DNA from: Eledone cirrhosa
Lineage: Eukaryota
Length of the DNA: 64,000 nucleotides
Reading direction: 5' to 3'
Assembly: GCA_964016885.1 (NCBI GenBank)
Contig: OZ024742.1
Coordinates: forward strand, 85,932,001 to 85,996,000
Shown: positions 12,000 through 25,780 of the stretch, one piece after another
Numbering within the stretch: position 1 is the first letter of the stretch
Layout of the letters: each line of letters starts with the position of its first letter
The notes under the pieces: generated by a model
Told to the model about the DNA's origin: nothing
Seen by the model: the letters and a program-made list of their open reading frames with translations, nothing else
Database searches by the model: none
Made by a program: the position numbers and the translations under genes

Positions 12000-12360
12000 A
12001 TCGTATACATATTTAATTATATATTACACATGTTTCACTGTCGATCTGCTCGAGGAAGGATAGATTAATGATCGAACCTGACTCTGGAATCAGAAGCTCC
12101 TCAGATATGTTTGAACACGTGGACTCGCGTCTGAGAGTGGTCGAATATTATCCCGATTCCTTCTTATATGCGACCACAATCTTGGACATAGGGTGTGTCA
12201 GCGTATTCCACTTCTTGGTTTGTCTTCGGTCAGATCACAGCTGGGAACGTCCTATAATTTAGTTGCTGTTGCCCCCATCTGTGGTCAAGTTGTCGTACCT
12301 ATCGATGGGTGTTGCCCCGTCTGCATGACGTCGCTGCTATATTGTTTGAAGCAAGCATCA
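12000..12360 (-). mobile_element. Probable Penelope-like pseudo-LTR remnant hosting the hammerhead
   Basis: GC-richer non-coding block with a TATA-like tataagaagg upstream of the hammerhead and AT-rich sequence after it. Confidence 0.4.
12021..12108 (-). ncRNA. Type I hammerhead ribozyme motif with expanded, branched stem II
   Basis: Minus strand: ATAT CTGAGGA GCT [two hairpins] AGT GAAAC ATGT GTA ATAT; canonical core, GUA triplet, 4-bp stem I. Confidence 0.55.
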
Positions 12361-12366
12361 AGGAGA

Positions 12367-12545
12367 TAATTGTTTCTACTTTGGCACAAGGCCAGCAATT
12401 ACTCAGTACATTACTGGTACTTTATTTTATCGACCCCGTAAGGATGAAAGGCAAAGTTGACCTCGGCGGGATTTGAACTCAGAATGGAAAGGGCCGTAAC
12501 TATATGCGTCAAACATGGTGTCTGGCCCTCTACCAATATTGCCAA
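12367..12545 (-). mobile_element. tRNA-derived SINE, full length
   Basis: Reverse complement has gagttcaaatcccgccgagg B box, gcctttcatccttacggggtcgataaaataaagtaccag core and gctggccttgtgccaaagtagaaacaatta tail. Confidence 0.9.
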
Positions 12546-15268
12546 TCCAAGGAGATAATGCAATAGAAGAATGAAAGGGTAAATAGATATAAAGTGGTAA
12601 AAGGAATACATAGACAAAATGGAAGGAAAACAACCCTAAATTAAGTTACAGAGCAGATAAGAAAATTAATTTTAAAAAAAAATATTACGGACATATAAGA
12701 ATGTTAGTGAGATAGAGTGGTAGTGAGATAGAGTGTAATAGAAATAATAAAATGATACGACCCTAGAAACATATATAATAAAATAAAGATAAAATACAAT
12801 ATTAAATGGAAAAAAAACAATATCTATATATAACAAAAAAGAAAATATATATTAATAATATTTCCTCCGGCATTGGAATGTGTGTAAACGGTGGAGAAAA
12901 TTCAGTGATATTCTTCTTTTAAAAACCATCGCTTTGAGACGTGTATCTACACATGCACACAATCACGCCCACGCAGTATTCCACACATAACACATACACA
13001 TATATCTACACCTATGCACTGGCATACACATACATCTGCACGTATAAGGCCATACACATACACAAGCATGTATAACGTCTTACAATGAGAATCGTAATGG
13101 AATTATATGTTTTTACACCAACAGCAACAAGAAGGCAACATTTTCACTACATTTCCAAAGACATAGAAGATAGAACACATGCTTTCCCACCAACAATTCT
13201 CTGATACATAGAAAACCAATGAAAGTCAGATCCCGAAGAACAAACTCACTGAAAGCCATGACCAGCATCGGCAGAACATTCTGAGTTCTTCTACACGAAC
13301 ACTTTCAAACTGGCAAGACTTAGAAATACTATCCGACAGATAAAAGTCAATTTTCGCTGAATGTCCAAATTTATATCCACCATAAACTGTAAGTTTATAG
13401 TGGATAAAAGAATATTCTATAGTGGATAGTCACATACTCAATTATGATCTGAGTGGAGATGAAATGCTGAATAGTTAGTCTACGAGGCAACGCTAAAATA
13501 GTCAAACCCTGATCACACTATTGATCTCAAGCAATACATCACTCTTACTGAAGCAGAGTTTAAAGAGCCCTACACAATCCAATTCAGCACCGTATGTCAA
13601 AATGTTTCAAATGAAAAACTACTGAGTAAGTTATATCTATCCTGCTCCGATCAAAAGGTATAAAACGGTATAGGCATGATTGTAATATGTTTTATATAAT
13701 ATAATATATTTACCACTATATTTACATATCGGGGTTCTTTCTTAAGTGATTCCAATCCGACATTCAAGAAACGATATATATATTTATGCTCCATATATGC
13801 CCATACACCGGCATGCTTGACGCTGTATGGGATGGTGTTTGTGCAATATAGTATATGTATCACAATGGATTTCATTAGTCACTCGTTTCATTTCCTTGTT
13901 CTGTTGAGCTGTGTTTGTTTCTGCTCCATGTAATAGGTGTTTTGCTTGCAATGCAACGTTCTGACCATATCTGCCTTCTTCATTACCCATTCTGTCATTC
14001 CATGGTTGAACCTTAAAAACCGTAAGCTATAATCTCACTACATAAAACCCATGGTCACACATTATCTGATCCTTTAAATCTGAGCAATTCTAGAAAACAT
14101 AAATATCAATATCCTTAGAGTGGGTTTAGTAAAATTAATGACGAAACAAATAATGAATCAAACAATCAAACTTCACGAGGTCATTTTGGATTTATAAAAC
14201 AATAAAGCCATCTTTGATACAGAAGATTAATCCCTCGGTGGAACGAAAACATGGTAGCTTAAGCATATGTTTTTCACAGTGTTTTACGTCGAGAAATGTT
14301 TTTATGGAGGACATCATTTCATATGCCCGATGGCATGATTCTCTCCGCAAATAAAACGCCTGACTTGACGTCCTTTGGTCATTTTGAATAATTCTAAGAT
14401 ATAAATGAACATAACATATATCGCTCGACTAGTGAGTCACATATTTTATTGTAATGATGAGGCCATTTTTGTAATGAAAAAAGGAAATACCTATCCTAGA
14501 AGTCAATGGTCTATTTAAATTACTTTCCTAGCATGATGCAATGCATTCACAAAATAGAATGTTTCCTTGTGTTCATATACATGATACTTCAGTAACAATC
14601 AGCGTTTGGTCCACAGACCTTACATTTATATTATAAATAACATTTTCTCCGATTCAAAAGAGAATGGATAACATATATTACGACTGTTTGACAACATACA
14701 AAGGGAAATACACATTTTTGTGTTGTCACAAGCTGTTTAGATATTTTTCCAGAATTTCTTATTTCATGTTTGTAACTGTCATGTCCTAGCTAATAAAACA
14801 ATATGTCAAGGTTAGCACTTATCTATGTTTAAACTGTAATAGTGTTTAATAATAAAGAAACAGAACAAGGAATTATCAAAGTCGCTCGAATGATGTACGG
14901 TCATGGTAGATCAATTACAAGTTAGTAATATCTAGATATAATTATAAAGATATTCATCTTGCAATACCGGGTGTTCAGTAAACACATTCTACGGTAATAA
15001 AAACGCAACTAGCATTATCTTGACATTTTCTGCATTTTCAATAGTATTGAATATATCAAGCATACTGTGGAATTATGACGTGAATATTCCAAAGCGGGCT
15101 AATCTCTATCTAATAGATTGCAACCCAATTTGCCAAATTCTAAATCACACGAGATATTCACAATGTATGCTTTGAACACTATGCAGTAACATACTATTGT
15201 ATTATTATGTTAAACCAACTATTGTGTTTATTAGCGCATGAATATATATAATTGTATATATATATATA

Positions 15269-15520
15269 TTAGAAAGTGAGGTTTTTTTTACAAAATGAAA
15301 AATAACCGAGGTGTCCTACACGAGTGAAAGTATAAAGAAAAAATGATGGAGGGTCTGTGGTCACATCCGATGTGAGAAAAACCACAGACCCTCCATCTCA
15401 ACTCTACTTTTGAAAAGCAGAAGAACTGCGAAACCGGTAAAGAAACCAAATAAATATATATATATATATTTTTAAATAAGACTCCAATTGCATTTTCGAT
15501 TTCATCTTTTTTTCTTTATA
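15269..15520. mobile_element. Second copy of the palindromic Penelope-like element, most of the left arm deleted
   Basis: Same leader ttagaaagtgagg...cgagtgaaag and same right arm as 10513-10874; hammerhead motif retained at 15407-15442 on +; flanked by (TA)n. Confidence 0.8.
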
Positions 15521-18500
15521 TATATATATATTTATTTATTTATTTATTTAATTATTTATGCGCACGCTTGTGTGTATTATATCACCTATCTATCCTGATT
15601 ATCTGATGGGCGTATACCTTTGCGTGTATGTTAGCAGTCGATGTAAACATAATATTCCCCTGCTGGTATGAATGTATTCATAGTAATATTTTCAACAATA
15701 GAGAAACTAAATAAGCTAATCTCCTGCTTAAATATAATGCAAAATCAATATATTATCAAGAATTATGGAACAGAATACTAATTATTTTATAATACAGACC
15801 GAGGTATGATGTTTTCGTATTTTACCATATTTCACCATTAAATATTACTATCAATTCATGTTAATCTGTAATTATTTAGATATTAATTTCTTTATGACAG
15901 TTATTATGATCTATACATTTAATGAAAAACTCTGCTTCTTCAAAGTTCTATTCATTACGAGTTAGACCAACTTAAGTGTGATTTATGTATATTGCTATCT
16001 AGGGACCATGTGATAAATCTACATAAAACACTGTTTTGTAATATTTCTTGTTCAGTTGGTATTACATACATTTATAAAGTATTTTTGTATATAAAGTACA
16101 TAGTAATTGTATATATGTTGTTGACGCCTTACTTCTGAAATATGAAATATTATGTATAATTGCATAGTTGTTAATGCTTTTCCGAATTTCAGTAATAAAT
16201 TATATAGGGTATTTATTTTCACCAAGGTTAAATAGTGAATCAAGCATATAATGAATAATAATTAATCAAAAGAACTTACCTTTCTTTGGAAGATAATACA
16301 TTTACGTTTAAATGGAAAAAAATATATAGTGACATTGTTCATTCAATATAACAATATTCGTTTTTGGTTGAGCCTGTAGCATTTTGTCTCGCGACCATAG
16401 TTCTGCTCATTGCTATCAGATGGAGTTGTTTGCCCGCAGAAGCAATTACCGCGAGGTGGAGTGGCGTTTGCAGCACGTCATCTTCGCCCTCCTCCAGGGC
16501 AATGACGGCGGAGATACAGCTTTGTGTACACTTACTAATTAGAAAATAATAGTTAGATTAAATGAATATATACTTACACACACACATATGCACATATATG
16601 ATTATATATGTGCATATGTGTCTGTAGACAAGCAAAACAACCAGCGATATAAAAGAACAGAGTCGTGAATATCCTTTCATAACTTTAATAACTTTCCAGG
16701 CTAAAACATTTATGTTTCATTTCCCCCACGCCCGTATTGTAACTTCTTATATTGCCAAATATACAATCTGATTTCAACGTATGTTAATTTACCAACAGTA
16801 TTTTCTAAAAATAAAAAAAATTTCCCTTAATATTCTCAACAAACATAATTGTTTGTTATTTCTTAGTCTTTAACAACTTCATATTATTTACGAACGATGT
16901 TTTGTCACGACTACAAGTTTAACTTCATAAATATTCGGTATACCATCTGGAAAACCATTGTAGATGAACAAGTAATCGAATCGTAAATATATTTCTATTA
17001 TTAGTACCATTTCAAACGGCTATTTATATAATAATAAATACCAATTCATATTTCCAAACAATAAATATTGAATACTGTTTCGAAAGGAAGAAAGGTATAT
17101 AAGTCGTTTTTAGTTATAGAATATCAATCGACTACAGAAGATATTGGCAGGTATGGCTGTCCATGTATTTAGAGTATACCTCCCTTTTCTCTGTTTGTGA
17201 AAGAAATAACATTTCAGATCAATTATGAATGCAGATGATTGATCTTTAGTAACATTTCCTTTTCCTAGAACATCGTTACTTTTTGTTGTCATTTTTATAT
17301 TTTATATTTATATCTACATTAAAAATATTCTAATATTTAATGATCACGTGGGATATATACAAAAAAATGTTTATTGTATAATTTCATACGGTTGATCTAA
17401 AACATGTGACAGGTTATTTCAAATGATATAGTCTCAAATATATTTGTATACGTTATTTGCCGGAATTATAGTTATTTAATAATTATCTTAGTTGTTTAAA
17501 TGAAGGTTATGCTTTCACCATTAAAACCAGCACCATATCCTCAATATATATTCTTAGATGGATAATCCTTGTTGGAATCATTCACGTTGGGTTGTCGTGT
17601 AGTACAGATAAACTGTACACTCGTGTGTCATTTAAACACATATTATCGTTTTCATGCCTTCTTAATTCATATTTACATACTCTTATATATAAATGATTAT
17701 TTCTTTCCTGTTCTACTATTACTTAAATTCAATATTATCTCAACCCAGTGTTACTTATGTGTTTTATACTTATTATGTATGAGTAAGTTTTTATATATAA
17801 TGTGGCCTTTCAGACCAAGGACACGTTTGGGTCTGACCCATTAGGGAACTCAGGAAATATATTTAGATTATCTTTGATATAATCTGCAAGATCTCTTTAG
17901 ATTATCAATGGAATATTCTTATATACTGAAATATATTTTTATTAATACATATATTGCATAAACTTTCTCCGGAAGATGAATAATCATTGACCTTGTCGAT
18001 AGAACAAAGCTTATATGTTTTGTACTCGTGAATACGTATGAGAAAGCACTAATATCGTTACTTGAGATTGCCTTCAGATAAACGAATGTAAGTTGTATGA
18101 AACGTTATATTAAGTATAGAATGCGGTGTATGCTATATCAAATGAGATTGAATATATTAATTTGCATATGAATTTAATTATCTGAAAACACGTTTGTTAT
18201 ACATCCAAGAGACAACATTATTTGCAGGTAATCAATGATGTGCTTTGATCTATGAATTTATTATTAAATTGCAATACTGTTTATTTTAACTTGCCATCAT
18301 AACTTCATTATCAGTTTCATCTCTATAATTTTATTTTTTTCTGTACTATAGAATATGGATAGGATCTAGCATTGATAGTATGGATATGTGCATAGTTGGT
18401 TTGCCATTACATATTTGTAAGCATATATTTAAAAAATGATTATTATGGCACTTATTTCTATAGGGATTCCAACCATTTTCAAAAGTATATTATTTTGTGG

Positions 18501-20875
18501 AAAGGAAAAGTACATTTAGATTCCATTGGATATTTACCTTTTTATAATTTCTCCATTTCTCTTAGAGAAACATTAAAACGTACTGGTTCAAACCTGATTA
18601 TGAAAGATCATTTGTTTTGATGCGTCTTTACATTATTCTTTTCCCAATTAGAATTGACCTCTCTGCCGATATCAATATATATCTCCGTATATCTTCCTTA
18701 TAAAATCGTCTAGCTTGTTACTTAAAGTTATGTCACTTGAGCACCACAAATCATCAATTTCATTATTACTTGTAATATATTAACTTCAGATTATGTGTTA
18801 ATGATTTGCCTACGATAACATGTCAACCATATGTGTTATATTCCTGGAATACCGCAGAAGATATTTCCGTATTTCTGTGAGAAAGAAGATTGTAGTATCG
18901 CTGCTTTGTGTAACTTTATATATAATTTAATATTACTTTCTTGTTTCAACAAGAGGACAATAAATTGATACAAAGAAAATATTTTACTCAGAGCAATTAT
19001 TTAGCAGACATAATGTAAGATTAAAAACGGTCGGAATCTGTATAGTAATAATTTCCATAGTTTATTTGTTTTTAAATATAAACTGACAAATATGTAGCTA
19101 CAACCCAAAGAACCACATACTTATACTAGTAATGGTAGCCCCAAATCCATATATTTTAGTATGACATAAAATAAAACTATTGAGATGAAAATGTTAATAA
19201 ATATATAATGGCAAGTAAAGATAAACAGTAATTAAATGTAATAAAACATTGATAGGAAAAGTACATAATTGATTAAATGCAACTATTTTTATTAGATGGA
19301 TGTTCTAATTATGACTTAGTTTCTCCAGTATTGAAACTCAGATTTCAGCTTTACATTGTTTTATATTTTAAATATTAAGGTTTTGTATTCCGATATGATT
19401 CTTATTTCAAATGCTACATTTCATAATTCACGTGTCGTTATAATAGATTGCCTGCCACGTGCTGAAGTTAATTTACCAAATGTTCCTATTCTATCAAACA
19501 CGCTAGCATATTGCCTAAAATGAAGATTAATATCTTAAGTGTTTTGGAGATGCCGAATTTTAGAATGCCAAACATACATATCTGTCTTCAAAATATTTAA
19601 ATCGTGTCAAGGGCGATGAAATAATATACCAATCGAATACAGTGTTCAATACATTGATTTTCCTTTCCACAAGCATTCTTGAAATTGTGCCTAAATTAAA
19701 ATCATTAATTATCCAGTGGCGTTATATACATATTGGGGAGACTTCGTTTCCTCACTATTTTTTATTGCTATTTACTTTTGTAATTATCTCTTAAATGCTA
19801 TTGCTAGTGGATATGAGTAAGAATTTGTTGTTAACGTTGAAACTGTATACTGTTTTTTTTTTCTAGTATATAGAGTAGTGTTTAACAGTGTAGCCTAATA
19901 GAGAATATGAAGTGGAGATGGGCAACGTCAGGAGCAATAATGCAAAAGAATCACCTATTGTTAATACAACATCTCTACGACTCCCTCTTGAGTTACGGAC
20001 CATGCATACGTAAAAGGCAATCAGGATATTGTTGTTTGTTAATTCATATTTAAATTGCAGGGAGTGACGTTTATATGATAATGTATGTGTGAGCCCACTA
20101 TAGAAGTCCGACTACTGAATTTATATCACATGAATATTTAGCAGAAGAAACCTTTGACAATATACTCTTACCTATGTGGTGAGAGGTTGTCTAATATATT
20201 TGAATTTCTGCAGCATCTGATTAAACTTATATGTTTATTATTGAAGAATTACATTGCAAGTAAATATTTTCTAGCATTTCACTGCATCCTTATGCCGACC
20301 GTCTAAATACCATTACCACTATACCCGCGTGGAAGCGTGGAACCAGCAACCACACCCTTGTAAAAAACATATGCAGCGACTGCACCGCAAAATCAATTCC
20401 TTCACACAAAAATCCCAACATTAATGAAGGGTTATCTATATACGAGAAACAACGTGATTTATATTACACCAGAAAATGTCCAACAGGGATGTCAGATGAA
20501 CCTCATTGGCATTGTTTCAAAAGCTCATGGTCAAATCAGTCAAAAATGCTATTCCGTATAGAATGGTCACACAAACACAGTTCGTGCATAAGTAGTAACA
20601 TTCAATGCATCATATACACGATGGAATTTAAGACATATGATGGAAGCTGCCCTTGCAGAAAAATAACACATTACTGAGTGAGAAACTGAACGTATTTCTA
20701 CATACATTGATAGTTAAATTGCGTAAGTGAAGTCATTGTATTACACACCTGACGAGCAGTAGTACACCTTGAAATATGTCTCATTTGACTGTAAATGAGT
20801 TTCTAAAAATAATCGCATGGAAGAAAAGTTTAAGCCATTTAAATATACATAAAATCATTACACTTCTTATATATA

Positions 20876-20932
20876 AAATAAAGTACCAGAATGTACTGGA
20901 TAATTGCTGGCCTTGTGCCAAAAGTAGAAACA
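20876..20932 (+). mobile_element. SINE 3' fragment
   Basis: aaataaagtaccagaatgtactggataattgctggccttgtgccaaaagtagaaac. Confidence 0.8.
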
Positions 20933-23149
20933 GTTATACGTCTTATGTAACATTGTAGAAATTAGTGTCAAATGTGAGGTCCCTTTAACTGCATTATGAA
21001 GTGTGAGATAGCTCTAGATCAGCTGAGCTGCGATAATGGTAACTGATTGTGAGCAGTTTAATGGATACAATCATTATGACACTTAGAAATAGCTTTAGTT
21101 TAAACAATGTATATTTAACACAATTAATGCACTACATTCAATCAATGTCCAACATCATACAGACGTATTAATTCAACAGTAATCACCTCTGGTTATCAGC
21201 AGAATAGGGCTTCGGACTAAGGTAATTCTACAATTCCCGATCTGGATCTTGTCAATATCTAAACAACGACCACCCTTATTTATAAGTGTGACATGCATTA
21301 TATTCTTTATAATCGTGTATGTTACGAATGTAAAATAAGCGTAATAAATTAACTTTTACAACTGAAAGGTAAATTTAATGAAGTTGTTTATAACGGCAAG
21401 TCGTAAGAATTAAACAGAAATTAAGACCAATTATTGATAGAAGTGTCTAAGATTTTTATTTGTCACTGTATTTTCTTACGTTGCATTTCTTCATCCGCTG
21501 TCAATGGACCTCCAATTCAGAATTTGATATTTTTGTTTTTAACTTGTGTTAATATTCATCATCGAGCAAATCATATTTTTCTCAGCCCAGTATGTGTAGC
21601 ATACTAAGATATATTAATAGACTTACCTAAAAAACATAAATAATACCAGACAAGATTTGCCATTAATATATGTCCTGATACTGGGTTATTTAGTATTATC
21701 CTGTAGTTTCAATGCTGTCTTCTACCCATGGTTATTGTAATAGCACGTCTCACAATTTATCAGTTAGATTCTGAAATGCTTCAATATTTAAGCGAGTGCA
21801 CTAAATACATATATAAATAAACATTATATATGTTGGAATTGAGTCAAATATGGTCGGATATTTTTCATGAATGAAGTAAACGGCAGGTACTATGGCGAAG
21901 ACAAATGATGAAGTTGTTTAACTGTAATATGAATAAATCTGTAAAATGTATAAGTTTGTTGAGAGTAGAACATCAAAGTAGCTTTCAAAGAATCGTCATA
22001 TAATTTTATTTCTAAACGTAATATCTATGCAATTGTGAAACGCCACTTAGCAGCGAAGCAATCCTTATCAAGTGAAGTAAATATATATGTGTTCCTCATA
22101 AACAATGAAACATAAAGAAATGATTCAATGAGATATAAATATATAGAATAATGCTGAATAAAAATTCATAAATGAGCAGCGTGATATACTGAAATTGTGC
22201 TGAGGATTAAAGTAATGTTATCTTGGGAAAAATAGATGAATTTTATACTAATTTTTATTACTGCTGAAATTATTTTAACCTTTGGACATAAAAGTTAGAA
22301 ATGATACGGTTGAAGTGAAAAGGAAGTTACAAATTATTGATATTTATCATTGCAATGACATGAATCATTCGACCTTAAAATGGAAATGTTATACGATAGT
22401 ATTTTTTTAGTACTTCAGTTAGAATAAAAGGCATTTTCTGACTCTATTTTTACCTGGAATATACTCGTGGTTATCGCCAAAATAATATAGTATGAGAGCG
22501 CGTACTTGCAATGCCTTTATAAACTTAAAACCTGTATATATTTGTCTTTCCATTTTTTTAATTATTTTTTCCTATAGTATTTATTTATCTTTGTCACATA
22601 TTCAACATTAATATGAAACCAGAATAGGATATTTTATTCAAACAATGATTATAAACCAGATTATTGACCGGCTCTGTTCAAATCTTTGCAAAAATAATAC
22701 CACACTTATATATATTTCTTTAAGTATAATCGAGATTTGCACTAATCATATATGAGAATAATATCCAAACTATAACGATTTATATTATATTATCTCTTCT
22801 ATGTTTGCCAATGTCTAAAGATCAGCTTATGACACAAAATGCCAACATTTTCTCTTTCGATTTCGATATTTGACAATTTTATTGTGTTTTAATATCTCCC
22901 AAAATAGAACATTTGCAAAATTGCAGTATTAAGAAGAGACTCTAGTTGATTAAATGTAAGAGACCAGCAATATAAAAAGCTATAAATGTGTAGTAAATTA
23001 TATTGTTAAACATTTAACATTTAAGAAATATGCATTATTTTCACAAAATTTCACATTAAAATTATAGGCTGTATATAGTTCTAAATGTAAGATTTGATTA
23101 TTCACTTATATATTATCAATGTACACAAGCGAATAGAAAAAAAAAACAT

Positions 23150-25075
23150 AAATAGGCTAAAAATATCAAACAATAACAATAATCAACCAAGGAACATTCC
23201 CTAATAAAAGGGAGGAACACCGCCTATAAAGAAACACCCGACACTCCAACCGCAACTGAGAAGGACTCCTCTTCCCTCTTCAGATCAATGACCCTACTAG
23301 CACATTCTCAGAGAAGGGCCATTCACATGGGCTATTTTAAAGATATTCACCCACGTTTTAACAAATATACAGGAGGGTGGACATCCCTCTCCACCCTTAC
23401 CTTCCATTACAAGTAAGACATGAACAAGTTGTGTAGGGTTGGCCGAAAGGAAGAATGGTCATATCAACCTTGTCAAACACATCTTTCGCTACGGCCACCA
23501 GGCAAAGAAACTAATCTTGTTCTTCCCGACCAACAAACGTTGGTCGGGAAGAACAAGATTGACTTAAAAGAAAGCCAGATCCGTGCCACAGCTGTTCGAC
23601 ATAACTCCACAAGTCAGTAGATCATGGATACTGGGCGAATGCGATCTGCACGCATCTCAGACAGGTTCATTCAACCGTGAAACCGTCAATATAGAATTCA
23701 TCTCTAATTGGCAGTTAAATGTGAGCTATTTCTGGAAATAATCCATATTCCATGGTCGAATGTCTGTGGAAACAGACTGATCAGTTCGATTTTCTGGACA
23801 CATATACCCTTTCACAGAGCTTGATAGCACTTGCACACCCACTAATCCTATATAGAATTCTGACTTTATTGTCGCTTAGTAGAAGGCAGTGAGAGCCTGG
23901 CAATATTACAGAGGCCAGGTGCCACATGTTTTGGACTCTTCTTGATAAATTACTGCAACTCAGTCAAATAGACGGGAGAAAACAGTCTGTCTCGCAACTT
24001 GTGAGCACACCCGTTTGCTGTTTACGAATATCAGAAGATTAAATAGCGCCAGCGCATATTTACCCATCAACAGCCATGGCATGCCCAGCACTCAGTGAAA
24101 AGGTTGCTGACAGAAGATTGACCACATCTCCATATGAAACTTTTCCATCGGAATGAATTGGAAGATAAAGCGTTCCAATTTGTGAGATGGAAACGAGGGC
24201 AAGGTACGACGATTAGGCCTTATTACATGAATAATGTGAAGTACGCGTTAGCTGCCGACCCACGGCATTTCAGTGATACCGTCATGTAGCACATTTCTGG
24301 GGTGAGTGTAGCCAACCTCTTCCTTACCACGTCCCCCTTCTTATGCACTCGGATATTTGTACAGTACGTGAGACAAGCCATTTTACCAGTCACTGAGTCG
24401 AGAAGCAGCCCGCGCAGATCAACGGCTTTGAGTTACCTCTCCAAGCGCCAAGCTGCAAACTCACCGAATATTCCATTTTTTTTTTTTTGTCCCTTCAACA
24501 TTTTATATCATCCTAAGAGGGTGTAGACCACCTTTATATCTGAGTTGTACGACACAAACTTAGTGATACTGACCGCATAGACATATGCAGTCCTTCTATA
24601 TCCTAGCTCAAGCTAGATCCCCTGTAATAGCTTCAATTTTGGCAGTAAAGGCTCGAGCAGCAATACCCACAGGAGGATGGAGAGAGGGCACCACTAACAA
24701 AGCTATCCTGTGAACTGAAACGGTGCCAGTTGCTGAGCTTACTTTGACCAGCGAATAGATGCTGTTGTGCATTGCAGATGTTCAACTTCTGAAGACGGAG
24801 CTGAAACCAGCTGCTTTGGAAACAGTCTCCCAATATTGTTGAGGCTATCAAAATATTTCGATTTATCTAAATTAATCATTTACCCAACAAAGCTTTATTT
24901 ACACAATTTCTCCATGATATTTCATCTAAGGTTAAGATTGTCGTATATGGACCTGGTTGAGATTGCGTAAGTTGACACCTCCCCTACCAAATGCTCGACG
25001 ACAAGCGCAAGCCGCTTATCTTACACCTTCGCCAACATTTTAAACTCTGTGTTTAGTAGAGTGAAGGGTCTGAAA
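23150..25075 (-). mobile_element. Old decayed L1-Tx1 element (RT to 3' UTR)
   Basis: Minus strand at about 25075 reads FRPFTLLNTEFKMLAKV*DKRLALVVEHLVG; near 23310-23360 it matches the aaggtgggtgaat...gtgaatgggcc ORF2 end of the + strand copies. Confidence 0.8.
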
Positions 25076-25200
25076 TACTCCCGTTCTGTTGCCAGTTGCT
25101 ATAGACCATGTCGAGGGGTACATAGAGCTAGTGTGGCATATCTATGCTAATTTGATATGGCAGACCATACGAACATGTTTACATGCGTTTTATACAAAAT

Positions 25201-25385
25201 ATTATTGTTTCTACTTTTGGCACAAGGCCAGCAATTAACCCAGTGTATTACTGGTACTTTATTTTATCGACCGTGAGGATGAAAGGCAAAGTCAACCTCG
25301 GCGGGATTTGAACTCAGACCATAAATGGCCGTAATTATTTGCTGCGAAGCATGGCGTCCGACCCTCTTCCTATACTGCCAATTCA
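25201..25385 (-). mobile_element. tRNA-derived SINE, full length
   Basis: Same B box, core and tail as 12367-12545. Confidence 0.9.
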
Positions 25386-25499
25386 CTAAAATATAATGGC
25401 GTCACGAATAAAGGCTGGTGTTATTTGCTGTTTACAGCACTCAGCATTTGCTGGAGAGAGACGCAGCAGTGTGTCCATGTAGGAACTGAAATTTGCTAA

Positions 25500-25779
25500 A
25501 CATTCACTTTAAGCTGGCTCATCTGGAGAAGAGAGCGGTCCTCTCTTCATTTGCCTTTGGAGCGTTTGGTGGTTAATAATTTGTGAGGTTACTGAAGCGC
25601 CCCCGTTTTGTATTTTCCCTACTGGGAAGTTTATTTTTGTAATTCATTTGTTTAATTTTATTAGCTAATTTGTTTTTTATTTAATTTTATTGTAAACCAC
25701 CACTATCCCTGTCCATTGTATTGACCCGTATATCACCGTATTTGGGTTAATAACGAAATTGTTATTATTATTATTATTA
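25500..25779 (+). mobile_element. L1-Tx1 3' UTR fragment with (ATT)n tail
   Basis: ttgtaaaccaccactatccctgtccattgtattg...ggttaataacgaaat matches the 3' end at 40051-40124. Confidence 0.7.
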
Positions 25780-25780
25780 C

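Noticed and set aside
13120-14460. Possible old LINE and Tc1/mariner remnants
   Set aside because: Only vague motif echoes such as PDLT; not supportable without a profile search
20300-20700. Possible RTE 5' UTR and endonuclease remnant (ccagcaaccacacccttgtaaaaaac)
   Set aside because: No readable protein motifs to confirm it
20745-20785. Hammerhead-like CTGACGA...GAAAtatgTC
   Set aside because: Neither stem I nor stem II pairs; at best a decayed relic
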